NCBI GenBank assembly: GCA_041665145.1
Contig: JBAYJK010000002.1
Coordinates: forward strand, 40,339 to 104,338
DNA: 64,000 nt
Direction of reading: 5' to 3'
From: Patescibacteria group bacterium
GTDB lineage: Bacteria > Patescibacteriota > Microgenomatia > UBA1406
The notes beneath the pieces were generated by a model. That model searched no databases. It was not told where the DNA came from and was given only the letters and a program-made list of their open reading frames with translations. The translations under genes were made by a program, and so were the position numbers. Positions 26,580 to 35,537 of the stretch are shown piece after piece. Position 1 is the stretch's first letter. Every line of letters starts with the position of its first letter.

Positions 26580-28007
26580 TTACTTCTTTTTTACTCCCGA
26601 AATATGGTTGATAGACGCTCCTGAGTGAATTGTAACAAAACCCAACCGCTGGGCTTCTTTCTGGATTGTTGCAAATATGTTAGTCTTCCTGACAGTTCCC
26701 AAAAGTCCAACTTCACCGACATACAGTTCTCGGCTGTTCAACACCGTACCGGTGAGACTGGAATAAATAGCAGCTGCAACTCCCAAATCAGCAAGCGTAT
26801 CCGAAACGGTAAGACCGCCTGAGACATTTACATAGACATCATACGAATCAACCGACAGTCTCAGATACTTCTTAAGTATCGCGAGAATAAGTTCCAATCG
26901 CTTTGAATCTATTCCTTTTGCAACGCGTTTCGGGTACGGCAAAGAAGTGGTTACAACCAGCGTTTCCACTGTTGCAAAAATGATGCGCACTCCCTGTCGA
27001 ACGGCAATCGAGGCTTTCCCCACCGCTTCATGCTCAAGATCAAGGAAATACTGGCTGGGATTCGGAACTTCATGAATACCTGTTTCTTTTATTTCGAAGA
27101 AGCCAACTTCATCCGTCGGACCGAAGCGGTTTTTAAAAGCCCGCAACATGCGGATATTCGTAACCCTCTCACCTTCCATAAACAATACGCAATCAACCAT
27201 GTGCTCCAAAAATTTTGGTCCGGCGATATCACCCTCTTTCGTAATATGACCGACAACCAATGAGACGATTCCTTTTTCTTTCGTGAAATTGACGATACGC
27301 ATCAAAACCTCTTTCGACTGTGCAAGCGACCCCGGAAGGCTGTCGTGATCTGACGTATACAACCCTTGAAGGGAATCAAATACGACAAGTTTGATTTGAC
27401 TCGTGACTCGTGACTCGTGACCAGAGATACGCGATGCGTGATTCGAGATGAGTTCATCAAGACCTTTTAATACATTATCTATATTTTTTTCTGAAGAAAA
27501 TAGAATCTTGTCTGCCGGTACATGCAGGCGTTCTGCCCGATGTTCCAATTGCCTTCCCTCTTCTTCACTGGAAACATAGACAACCTGTCCGATACTTTCA
27601 GTCAATTTACCGAGAATTCCGAGGAGCAGTGTCGATTTACCGACACCCGGTTCACCTGCAATCAGAACAACTTCGTCGGAAACAAATCCACCACCCAACA
27701 CGCGGTCGACTTCGCCAAAGCCCGTCACGATTCTCGCAGATTGTAGTTTGGAGTTTGGAGATTGTTTCAAACTGGCAAACTGTGCCGGCTCCCCCGCGGC
27801 CGAGAATAACTCGCCCCTACCCCTCCGTCCTGATTCTTTACTTTCGACTTTCGACTTTAGACTTTCTACTTCCCGTAGGGTCTTCCATTCCCCGCATTCC
27901 GGACATTTGCCATACCAACTTGCAAAAACATTTCCACAATTACTGCATACAAAACTGGTTTGGGATTTCACAAGGAAAATTCTCTCACATCTCACTACCA
28001 AATGCAA
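26580..28007 (-). CDS. radA: DNA repair protein RadA/Sms
   Basis: C4 zinc finger CSNCG...CPECG, Walker A GEPGVGKSTLL, KNRFG, Lon-like C-terminus. The real start is probably the GTG at 27971 (VKSQTSFVCSNCG). Confidence 0.9.
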   Translation of the reverse strand: MHLVVRCERIFLVKSQTSFVCSNCGNVFASWYGKCPECGEWKTLREVESLKSKVESKESGRRGRGELFSAAGEPAQFASLKQSPNSKLQSARIVTGFGEVDRVLGGGFVSDEVVLIAGEPGVGKSTLLLGILGKLTESIGQVVYVSSEEEGRQLEHRAERLHVPADKILFSSEKNIDNVLKGLDELISNHASRISGHESRVTSQIKLVVFDSLQGLYTSDHDSLPGSLAQSKEVLMRIVNFTKEKGIVSLVVGHITKEGDIAGPKFLEHMVDCVLFMEGERVTNIRMLRAFKNRFGPTDEVGFFEIKETGIHEVPNPSQYFLDLEHEAVGKASIAVRQGVRIIFATVETLVVTTSLPYPKRVAKGIDSKRLELILAILKKYLRLSVDSYDVYVNVSGGLTVSDTLADLGVAAAIYSSLTGTVLNSRELYVGEVGLLGTVRKTNIFATIQKEAQRLGFVTIHSGASINHISGVKKK

Positions 28008-28019
28008 AGTGCATGAGCA

Positions 28020-28051
28020 GTAAGGGTTAAACCCTGTAAGGGTTTAACCCT
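28020..28051. repeat. tandem palindromic 16-mers gtaagggtt(a/t)aa(a)ccct x2
   Basis: gtaagggttaaaccct and gtaagggtttaaccct. The second unit's core is the reverse complement of the first. It overlaps the CBS-gene stop codon. Confidence 0.7.
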
Positions 28052-28862
28052 GATAGAAGTACCTAAGCAAATCGCTCGTCGTGATGATATTCTCCGGAGA
28101 GAATTTATCCTTCATTACCATAATGCTTCCGATCGAACGATCGAGAATATTGTTTATTACCGTTTGAAATGTCGTCGTCAATGTAACTTGGATCGTTTCT
28201 TTTTTCATGAAATTCGTAACCCGATATTTTTTAAATAAAGAGTTATCTTTCTTTGCATCATAAAAACCGCTCTTCTCTTTCCTGTCCTTGGGTTGCATCA
28301 GAAGCGGTATCAGATCAAAAAACGGCAGTACGCCAACTAGGTGATTTGCTTTATTGACCACAACCAATTTCATGCGTTTCGAACGTTCAAAATAACGTAT
28401 CGCCTCTTCGAGTGACGATGTTTCATTAACTGTTTCAAGATAGGCTTTTTTCGCAACAATTTCACTCACCGAGTGCTTTGATGATGTAAATCCAAGAGCC
28501 GTTCGGAGCAAACGACGTGCAGTAACTATGCCCACCATAGTTCCCGTATCATCGACAACCGGTAAATAGTGAACTTTGCTTTCGAGCATAAGTCGGGCTA
28601 CTTCCTCAAGCGGTGTGTCGAGTGAGATCTTTGACGGGTGAAACAGGCAGTTTTTTAACTTTGTGCTTACCGGATATGTTCGTTTAATAAACAGATGGTG
28701 CGGCGTAACCGACCCTAACAGTTTTTGATTTTCATCTACGATAAAAGCCGCATCGTGACTACTTTTGAATTTGCCGGAGACTTCGCCGATAGTATTCTCG
28801 GCCTGGGCATATATCACCCCATCTTGTTTGAGTATTGTTGCAGCTGTCTGATTATTCTTCAT
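28044..28862 (-). CDS. CBS-domain protein (two CBS pairs)
   Basis: 272 aa with repeated CBS-like blocks (VHYLPVVDDTGTMVGIVT; KLVVVNKANHLVGVL; IGSIMVMKD...ENIITTSDLL). Confidence 0.75.
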   Translation of the reverse strand: MKNNQTAATILKQDGVIYAQAENTIGEVSGKFKSSHDAAFIVDENQKLLGSVTPHHLFIKRTYPVSTKLKNCLFHPSKISLDTPLEEVARLMLESKVHYLPVVDDTGTMVGIVTARRLLRTALGFTSSKHSVSEIVAKKAYLETVNETSSLEEAIRYFERSKRMKLVVVNKANHLVGVLPFFDLIPLLMQPKDRKEKSGFYDAKKDNSLFKKYRVTNFMKKETIQVTLTTTFQTVINNILDRSIGSIMVMKDKFSPENIITTSDLLRYFYQG

Positions 28863-29055
28863 ACACGACGTATGGCAATAACATCAAAGATCGTGCTTTC
28901 TTTATTTCAGTTGAAAGCTTTCGCTGATGCCATTGACAAACTCGGCTTTTTTCCCGGGAAACTATTTTTCCACGAATAGTCAAAAATTTACGCATGGTAT
29001 CCGACTCTTTGTACGTCGGCTCTGTTTTCTTTTCGCAAAAGTAACATCCAGTCAT
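28852..29055 (-). CDS. rpsR: 30S ribosomal protein S18
   Basis: CYFCEKK...RKFLTIRGKI.SREKSRVCQWHQRKLSTEIKKARSLMLLPY. Confidence 0.9.
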   Translation of the reverse strand: MTGCYFCEKKTEPTYKESDTMRKFLTIRGKIVSREKSRVCQWHQRKLSTEIKKARSLMLLPYVVYEE

Positions 29056-29125
29056 TTTGTTTGTTTTACTTAATAATTTGTACTTACAACTTTATTACAA
29101 CTTACACCTTACGACTTACAACTTC

Positions 29126-29677
29126 TTAAAACGGAATATCTTCATCATTTATTCTATCATTTCCACCACCGTCAGGCGTATTTCCTGCAGATTCTTCGTC
29201 GTTGCCTGCCTTTGTCGGTTTCTTCACACTCTTTTTCTCTTCATGCGCTGCCATTTCACTCATATTTACGGATTCATCTTTTTTTTCTTCGGAATCGTCT
29301 TGAGCTCTACCCGGGGCATTTTTTCCGCCTCCTAAGAATATCATGTTATCGACAACTATTTCGGTTACATTCTTTTGAGTACCGTCTTTACCTTCAAAGT
29401 TTCGGTAAACAATCCTGCCTTCGACATACACTTTGCTTCCCTTTGACAATAGTTGACTGCATAACTCTGCAAGTTTGCTCCATGCGACAATTCGATGATA
29501 CTGAACGTCTTCCTTTTTTTCACCTCCTGAAGTTACCCAATCCCTGTTTGTGGCAAGTCCGAATTGTGCTACGGCAGTTCCTTGGGGAGTATACCTCAGT
29601 TCGGGGTCGCGGGTCAGATTACCAATCAACGTCACTTTATTAAGAGATCGTGCAGACATACGTTTATTTTTCGTCAA
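29126..29677 (-). CDS. ssb: single-stranded DNA-binding protein
   Basis: OB fold LNKVTLIGNLTRDPELRYTPQGTAVAQFGLATNR, acidic tail DEDIPF. An alternative start at 29659 is possible. Confidence 0.9.
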   Translation of the reverse strand: MTKNKRMSARSLNKVTLIGNLTRDPELRYTPQGTAVAQFGLATNRDWVTSGGEKKEDVQYHRIVAWSKLAELCSQLLSKGSKVYVEGRIVYRNFEGKDGTQKNVTEIVVDNMIFLGGGKNAPGRAQDDSEEKKDESVNMSEMAAHEEKKSVKKPTKAGNDEESAGNTPDGGGNDRINDEDIPF

Positions 29678-29954
29678 CTTTTAATAAAAGGTAACGCAAA
29701 AGTTCTGTTTCAAAATTGAGAAGTCTTCGAAGTTCACGGATAGCGTTGGTAGCAATTTCAATATCCCAGATAAAATAATGACCGTTTGTTTCGTGTTTAA
29801 CCGGATATGCCAGATGTTTTACACCCCAATCGGTTTCCTTCACAATTGTGGCACCAGCCGTAGCAACGGTCTTTTTGATCTTCTGGGAAAGTTTGTCCGA
29901 GTTGTCTTTCTCGAGGTTTCCCGGTAATACAATTACAAGTTCGTACTTAGTCAT
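29664..29954 (-). CDS. rpsF: 30S ribosomal protein S6
   Basis: MTKYELVIVLPGNLE...WGVKHLAYPV, in the conserved rpsF-ssb-rpsR order. Confidence 0.9.
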   Translation of the reverse strand: MTKYELVIVLPGNLEKDNSDKLSQKIKKTVATAGATIVKETDWGVKHLAYPVKHETNGHYFIWDIEIATNAIRELRRLLNFETELLRYLLLKVDEK

Positions 29955-30001
29955 ATCTAGTACCGAGTATAGCAGTCGTTTTTCTTTTTTGCAATCGGAA
30001 T

Positions 30002-31393
30002 CTATTTACTCATTGATGAACCACCGCCATGTAATGCCGCAATATAGTCAGCAATTAACTTGTCGGGAGAAAAACCGGCGGTTTTCCCAAATACAGACAA
30101 AAGTCTTTTCTTCAACAAAGCAATTCCCCCTTCTCCGCATAATACTGTTCCTAAATATTCCGGTGTTACTTCTGCCTTAGCTGCGTCCTGTTGCAACAAA
30201 GCTTCCCGCACCTGATCGAAATTCCCCCTATATTCGCTTGCCGTCGCAAAACTTTCGCATTGTGCGGTTGTTGTAGAATGACCGTTTAATCGCACGTCGC
30301 CCTGGTGGGCCATTTCGTGCTGAATAACTTTAAGTATTTTGGATGCATCAATAGTTATTCCCCGATCATCCCATGTCCGTGAGTATTGATACGGATAGAT
30401 AACAATCAACCTTTGGCGGTTGCATAAACCATCATGGCGTGCTTTACGGGATAATGCCGAGATGTTCAATTCGTTACCCCCAACAGCCCCTGGAGGAAGT
30501 TCTTGGTCATCGGCGATAATCAGTACAGTCACATCCTTTCGTTGTCGTGACATGCCCAATTCTTTGTGCTGAGCATGTATTGCTGCCACAGCTTGTCGCA
30601 AAGCAAGCCACTCATCTGCTCCTTCTTGAAACTTGCCGATAACCATCCCTTTTATTTCTGTTTCCCATTCAGGTATGGAAAGTGTTAAGTATGCAATTTC
30701 TTGTTTTTGATGCGCTTCCCAATCGGTGAGTAGCTTTTGTGTTTCTTGCAGGCAAGTTGCCCAAACACTATCTAGCTCGGATTCACGCATAGCTCTGTTC
30801 AATCCGCCGGAAATATCAGATATCGCCGGTCGCCGAGCAACAACATCCCTGTGGGCGATTTGCTTAAGAACGGCAATCCCGGAACGAATATCTGCCGGAA
30901 GCATCTTCAAATTTGCAACAAACATTTCTCGTACCGACTGTCCTGGTTTGGTCAGTTCATCATAAAACCGTGACATCGCCTTTCCGCCCAATTTATCCCA
31001 CACGTATGCTAAAAATGATCCGCCGAGTAAATAATTATCGACGTACGTGTTGCTGATAGCTTCCGGACTCATTGTCCTTTCTTGATAAAATTCTTCCGTA
31101 ATGAGCTGCATCGTTGATGATCTCCACTGTTGATAAGATACTCGAGCTTCACGAACTTCTCTGTCAATGGGAGTTGCAGCATTGATTAAAGACTGAGGGC
31201 TAATTTTTATTTTTTTGGCAACTACCTTAATTTTCTCCCCATCAGGCAATAACACTGCTTGGGGAATGCCTTTTTCTGTGCTTGTATATCTAATCCCGTC
31301 GTCGGTTGCAGCCCTGCTGTCAACAAGTATTGACGGATCTTTTACCGGTACCGTAGGTTCGGCTTTTGATACTTGCGCAACAAACTCATACAT
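30002..31393 (-). CDS. hypothetical protein with a single HExxH motif (possible zinc metallopeptidase-like orphan)
   Basis: 463 aa with no TM or signal peptide. KVIQHEMAHQGDVRLNGH is the only motif seen. Confidence 0.5.
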   Translation of the reverse strand: MYEFVAQVSKAEPTVPVKDPSILVDSRAATDDGIRYTSTEKGIPQAVLLPDGEKIKVVAKKIKISPQSLINAATPIDREVREARVSYQQWRSSTMQLITEEFYQERTMSPEAISNTYVDNYLLGGSFLAYVWDKLGGKAMSRFYDELTKPGQSVREMFVANLKMLPADIRSGIAVLKQIAHRDVVARRPAISDISGGLNRAMRESELDSVWATCLQETQKLLTDWEAHQKQEIAYLTLSIPEWETEIKGMVIGKFQEGADEWLALRQAVAAIHAQHKELGMSRQRKDVTVLIIADDQELPPGAVGGNELNISALSRKARHDGLCNRQRLIVIYPYQYSRTWDDRGITIDASKILKVIQHEMAHQGDVRLNGHSTTTAQCESFATASEYRGNFDQVREALLQQDAAKAEVTPEYLGTVLCGEGGIALLKKRLLSVFGKTAGFSPDKLIADYIAALHGGGSSMSK

Positions 31394-31401
31394 ACTGCAT
31401 T

Positions 31402-32229
31402 TTAGAACTTTTTGAGGATCGGTATCTTTTTTTCAAAATCATTCGGGAAAAACCACAGCTGAGTCTTTGTTACCAGTTCTTTAGTCTGATGACGATATAT
31501 AATCGCAAGTTGCAGTTTCATGAGCACGGCTTCTACAACGAGACTCAGCAAATTTAAAATTTGGAATTTTGAATTTGAAATTGATTTTGAATTTGAAATT
31601 TTAAATTTTAAATTGACATTTGGGAACAACCTCTCCACCCACCTATTCGCCTCCAAGAATTTCCGGTACGTCCCCTCTTTATCCACCACCGACATAACCT
31701 GTAATACTTCATGCCCTACATATATATTCTGCTTATTCTTCGAAATCGATAAGCTGTCTTCTGTAAAAAATAAGTTGAAGCATAGTTTATCTTTGAATTG
31801 CTGATCATTTCGTCCCCTTCTCTTTCCCATAAGAATTGATATAACGGTCAAAAAGAATCGCGCGGTCCATAACCTGTTTTTCGAAGTTATAACAAAGAGG
31901 TCGATATCATCCTTCTCTTCCGCGTTCATTGCCGCCACACTACCCGAAATACCGATAAACTTCACCCACGGCAGCGTACCTAAGAACTTGATTATGGTTG
32001 TCATTTTGCTAATTTTTTCTTTTGATATTTTCTCTCGTTTTATCGACTCGGCTATCCACCTTCTATTATTTATGAGAGCAACTCGATCATTTTTCACTAT
32101 TATTTGTTTGCCCATTGTCAACTGCCGCAGTTGCCGTGGGGTTGCCAGGAACTTCCACACCTCATAAATAGTGGGAGCGTAGTGAAAAAACGAATAATAT
32201 TCTAAAACTTGCAGAATTTCCTTATCCAT
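31402..32229 (-). CDS. nucleotidyltransferase (Pol-beta/MNT superfamily) domain protein
   Basis: GISGSVAAMNAEEKDDIDLFVIT fits the GS...D.D pattern. Start set to the ATG at 32229 (8-nt overlap with the cysS end). It contains an in-frame word-repeat block at 31545-31615. Confidence 0.5.
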   Translation of the reverse strand: MDKEILQVLEYYSFFHYAPTIYEVWKFLATPRQLRQLTMGKQIIVKNDRVALINNRRWIAESIKREKISKEKISKMTTIIKFLGTLPWVKFIGISGSVAAMNAEEKDDIDLFVITSKNRLWTARFFLTVISILMGKRRGRNDQQFKDKLCFNLFFTEDSLSISKNKQNIYVGHEVLQVMSVVDKEGTYRKFLEANRWVERLFPNVNLKFKISNSKSISNSKFQILNLLSLVVEAVLMKLQLAIIYRHQTKELVTKTQLWFFPNDFEKKIPILKKF

Positions 32230-33643
32230 TTCCAAGGAATCTTTTGGGCATAACAACTGTTTTCCCATTTGCATCTTCAAGGGTGAAACCCTGGTCTTCA
32301 ATTTGCGTGCGAACTTTATCCGCTTCCTGGAATTTCTTTTCCTGACGTAATTGTTCACGCACTCCAATTAATTGTTTAATTGGAGTAGGAATGGAAATTG
32401 CGGTGAGTTTGTCGAGATTTAACCCGAGAACTTTATCAAAATCAAAAACTATCACCATCTTGGTTTCTGCAGGCTCCTTGCTATTAAGTAATTCCCAGAG
32501 AACGGCAAGAGCAGCAGGAAGATTAAAATCGTCTTCCAAAAATGAAACAAATTTCTTTCTCCAAAGCGAATCGTGTGGAGCGACGAGGAGATCCGACGAG
32601 GAGCGACGAAGCGATTCGCGAAGTATAAAGATTGTTTTGAGCAAATTTTCAAGTCCATTATGAGAAGCTTCCAACCCTTCCCACGTAAAATTCTGTTGCG
32701 ATCGATAGTGAGCTTGTAAAAAGAAATACCGAAGTACAAGCGGATGAAACCCTTTTGCTTTTACTTCTTCCAATGAATACCCCGTTCCCTGGCTTTTAGC
32801 CATCTTTTCGTTATTCACCAAAAGGTGTTCGTTATGTAGCCAATAGTTGACAAATTTAACTCCGTTTGACGCCTCCGATTGCGCAATTTCATTCGTATGG
32901 TGTACGGGGATATGTTCCACTCCGCCCATATGAATATCTATCGTGTCACCTAAAAGCGCTTTGCTCATGGCTGAACACTCTATATGCCAACCTGGAAATC
33001 CTTCTCCCCACGGACTGCTCCAATGTTGCATCGCGTTTTTATGTTCGCCTTTCAGGAAAAACCATAGAGCAAAATCCTGTGAGTTTCTTTTTTCACTGTC
33101 TTCTACATCCGCATGTCCGGCACCTTTTACATTTTTCTCAAGTTTCTGTCCGGAAAGTTTTGTGTAACCATCAAATTTCGAAACATCGTAATAAACCGCA
33201 AGATCCGTTTTGTAGGCAAAGCCCTTTTCCATAAGTACAGAGACCATATCGATCATTTGCTGCACATATGCCGTTGCTCTCGGTTTGTGAGTAGGTTCAA
33301 GGATATTCAATGCGCGGGTATCTTGCTCAAAGATATCAATGTATTTTTTTGCAATTTCGTCCGGCGTCTTCCCTTCCCGCTTGGCTCCTTTTTCCATTTT
33401 ATCTTCGCCCTCATCTTCATCGGAAACCAAGTGCCCGACGTCTGTATAGTTTCGGGCATGCGTTACGGAGTAATCCAGATATTCAAGAGTTCGGCGGATA
33501 ACATCCCCCATGGTCATTGCCCGAAGATTGCCGATGTGCTGTGTCCAATACACCGTCGGACCACATTGATAAAAAGATATTGCACCTTTTTTCAAAGGCA
33601 CGAATTCCTCCTTTTTACGAACCAGCGTGTTGTACAATAGCAT
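32222..33643 (-). CDS. cysS: cysteine--tRNA ligase
   Basis: 473 aa. HIGNLRA (HIGH), KMAKSQG (KMSKS), GWHIECS. Confidence 0.95.
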   Translation of the reverse strand: MLLYNTLVRKKEEFVPLKKGAISFYQCGPTVYWTQHIGNLRAMTMGDVIRRTLEYLDYSVTHARNYTDVGHLVSDEDEGEDKMEKGAKREGKTPDEIAKKYIDIFEQDTRALNILEPTHKPRATAYVQQMIDMVSVLMEKGFAYKTDLAVYYDVSKFDGYTKLSGQKLEKNVKGAGHADVEDSEKRNSQDFALWFFLKGEHKNAMQHWSSPWGEGFPGWHIECSAMSKALLGDTIDIHMGGVEHIPVHHTNEIAQSEASNGVKFVNYWLHNEHLLVNNEKMAKSQGTGYSLEEVKAKGFHPLVLRYFFLQAHYRSQQNFTWEGLEASHNGLENLLKTIFILRESLRRSSSDLLVAPHDSLWRKKFVSFLEDDFNLPAALAVLWELLNSKEPAETKMVIVFDFDKVLGLNLDKLTAISIPTPIKQLIGVREQLRQEKKFQEADKVRTQIEDQGFTLEDANGKTVVMPKRFLGNG

Positions 33644-33651
33644 CCTTCAAT

Positions 33652-34434
33652 CTAAAAAATTTTAACGTCAGGGTCTGGTAATCGCTGTCTCGTCCTATTA
33701 ATAAGTTCTGAAGGGTTCCCCATCTTTCCACCAACCCATTGCGGTTCTTCAACAGGAATCACATTTAGCCGAATCTTAGGAGCTCCCACTCTCAGGTCTG
33801 AAACTGAAACCTCAAGCAACAAGTATGCATCTTTCTCTTTAGCCGGATCATGAATTTTGATTACATGATCTACAACGCGTGATTGATCTTTTGCATCTGA
33901 CCCAAGGGATTTGTCATCAATCTCCGATGTATTCCTACCGGTCTCATTAGGGATAGTCCATGCAAACGTATTTTGCCCGTCTTGTTTTCTATATTCCCTC
34001 ATTACGACCACGTTTGCTGAAGGTTCCCCGGTATTGCTGCTTTTTGAATTACTGATCGACACTTCCAAGAGCTTATGATCAAACCTGATGTGCACACCCA
34101 CACCTCGCAACGCGTCTAAATTTAATCCGGGAATACCACCTGAAACATCGGTTAAATATAGCGTGTCTTCTGTAGTTCCAGCTTGCGAAGTAATACGTTT
34201 TTCGGTCGAGCGAGATGCTCCTGCTGCTATCAACATTCTGTCTTGCAGCAGCAAAGGAATCTCAGTTTTTCCCATCGCTCCCTCTCTTCCTGATGGTGCA
34301 AGGGCATATGCATTAATAGCATCTATCTGATTAGGGCTTAGCGGGGTTGTTCTTTCAGATCTTTCTACAGATGTCGCAAAATTCGCGGCTTTCCTTCTAT
34401 ATCCTTCGGCAACATTACCAATTTCGTCAAGCAT
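33652..34434 (-). CDS. hypothetical protein (orphan)
   Basis: 260 aa with no TM and no motif. CATAAT lies 5 nt before the ATG. Confidence 0.5.
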   Translation of the reverse strand: MLDEIGNVAEGYRRKAANFATSVERSERTTPLSPNQIDAINAYALAPSGREGAMGKTEIPLLLQDRMLIAAGASRSTEKRITSQAGTTEDTLYLTDVSGGIPGLNLDALRGVGVHIRFDHKLLEVSISNSKSSNTGEPSANVVVMREYRKQDGQNTFAWTIPNETGRNTSEIDDKSLGSDAKDQSRVVDHVIKIHDPAKEKDAYLLLEVSVSDLRVGAPKIRLNVIPVEEPQWVGGKMGNPSELINRTRQRLPDPDVKIF

Positions 34435-34475
34435 GTTTGATTATGAACTACTAATAACAGACTATACTATACAAT

Positions 34476-35090
34476 TTATTTCCCCTTCGCGCCTCTGAAT
34501 TCTGCGCGGTTTAATTCCATCGGACTTGGCTGGTGTTTCTGTTTTCCCGGCCTACCCTTGGTCTTACCGCTTGGTGGCCCGACGGGTCCCGGCTGCTGCG
34601 CGGCAGCCTGTTGCTGTTGCTGTCTTTGTTGATCTGCTTCTCGCTGCAATCTCACGTGAATCGGCTCATGCTCCTGTTGATACTTTTGCGCTTGTTCTTT
34701 GCCATACTCCGAAGCAGAGGAAGCATGAGTGTATTGAGAATTCAGCGCGGACGCAATTCTATTGCGGGCCATCTGCAGTTTTTGTTCTTCCGACCCTTTC
34801 ATCATCTGAGCCGGATCAATCTTACTGTGTTGACCCTCTTTCTCACTGACCGGAGGGTTGTTCTTATCTTTGTCTTTCAACCACTCGTCTTCCCAACTCT
34901 TTTTGTCTGCACCCGGCTCACCGCCAAGCGCTCCCGTCAATAAATCCCGCGGAAGCATGGTGACGCCTCTAACAAGCTCTTTGCTTGTTACCTTTAGAGC
35001 TTCGATGCTTTCTTCACGAATGGCAGAACCGATTGACCGAAGACCTCCTCTAATTCCGGAATCATTTTTGGCTTTTTTGATTATTACCAC
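34476..35090 (-). CDS. hypothetical low-complexity Q/K/E-rich protein (GTG start)
   Basis: 204 aa, includes QQRQQQQQAAAQQPGPVGPP, likely disordered. TATACT lies 8 nt before the GTG. Confidence 0.4.
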   Translation of the reverse strand: MVIIKKAKNDSGIRGGLRSIGSAIREESIEALKVTSKELVRGVTMLPRDLLTGALGGEPGADKKSWEDEWLKDKDKNNPPVSEKEGQHSKIDPAQMMKGSEEQKLQMARNRIASALNSQYTHASSASEYGKEQAQKYQQEHEPIHVRLQREADQQRQQQQQAAAQQPGPVGPPSGKTKGRPGKQKHQPSPMELNRAEFRGAKGK

Positions 35091-35094
35091 TTGG

Positions 35095-35165
35095 TTTAAG
35101 TATAAATATTTAAGACTTAATATTTAATGAAGCTTTAAGCTTAAATTTCAAGCTTTATTAAGGCT
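35095..35165. repeat. CTTAAG/GCTTAA-type word-repeat array
   Basis: tttaagtataaatatttaagacttaatatttaatgaagctttaagcttaaatttcaagctttattaaggc. Confidence 0.7.
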
Positions 35166-35189
35166 TTTGGCTTCTCGCTTTGTCCTTGA

Positions 35190-35492
35190 CTATAAAATGC
35201 CCAATTTCAGCTTCGCATCTTCGCTGATCATATCCATGCTCCATGGCGGATCAAAAACAAGTTCCGTTTCGACTGCTTTTATTCCACTTACCTCACCCAC
35301 TTTGTTTTCAACCATTTTTTGAATAGTACCAAATAGCGGACAACCGATCGTCGTCAGCGTCATTTTGATTTTCGCTTTTTCATCTTTGACCTTAACTTCA
35401 TAGACGAGTCCAAGATCGACAATAGAGATATTTAATTCGGGGTCGGGTATTTCTTTCAGTCGTTCCCAAATTTCCGTTTCGAGTTTTGTCAT
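35190..35492 (-). CDS. DUF59/MIP18-family Fe-S cluster assembly protein (SufT-like)
   Basis: IWERLKEIPDPELNISIVDLGLVYEV...LTTIGCPL. Start moved to the ATG at 35492. Confidence 0.8.
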   Translation of the reverse strand: MTKLETEIWERLKEIPDPELNISIVDLGLVYEVKVKDEKAKIKMTLTTIGCPLFGTIQKMVENKVGEVSGIKAVETELVFDPPWSMDMISEDAKLKLGIL

Positions 35493-35537
35493 AACACTAT
35501 TGTACTCGGAAAATCTCGAGGAGTACAGAGCCAAGGA

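Noticed and set aside
31545-31615. Tandem short repeats (also 27398-27418 and the intergenic arrays) as a possible CRISPR array
   Set aside because: The repeat units are 7-9 nt, degenerate and contiguous, with no unique spacers of 25-40 nt. There is no constant 24-48-nt repeat and no cas genes.
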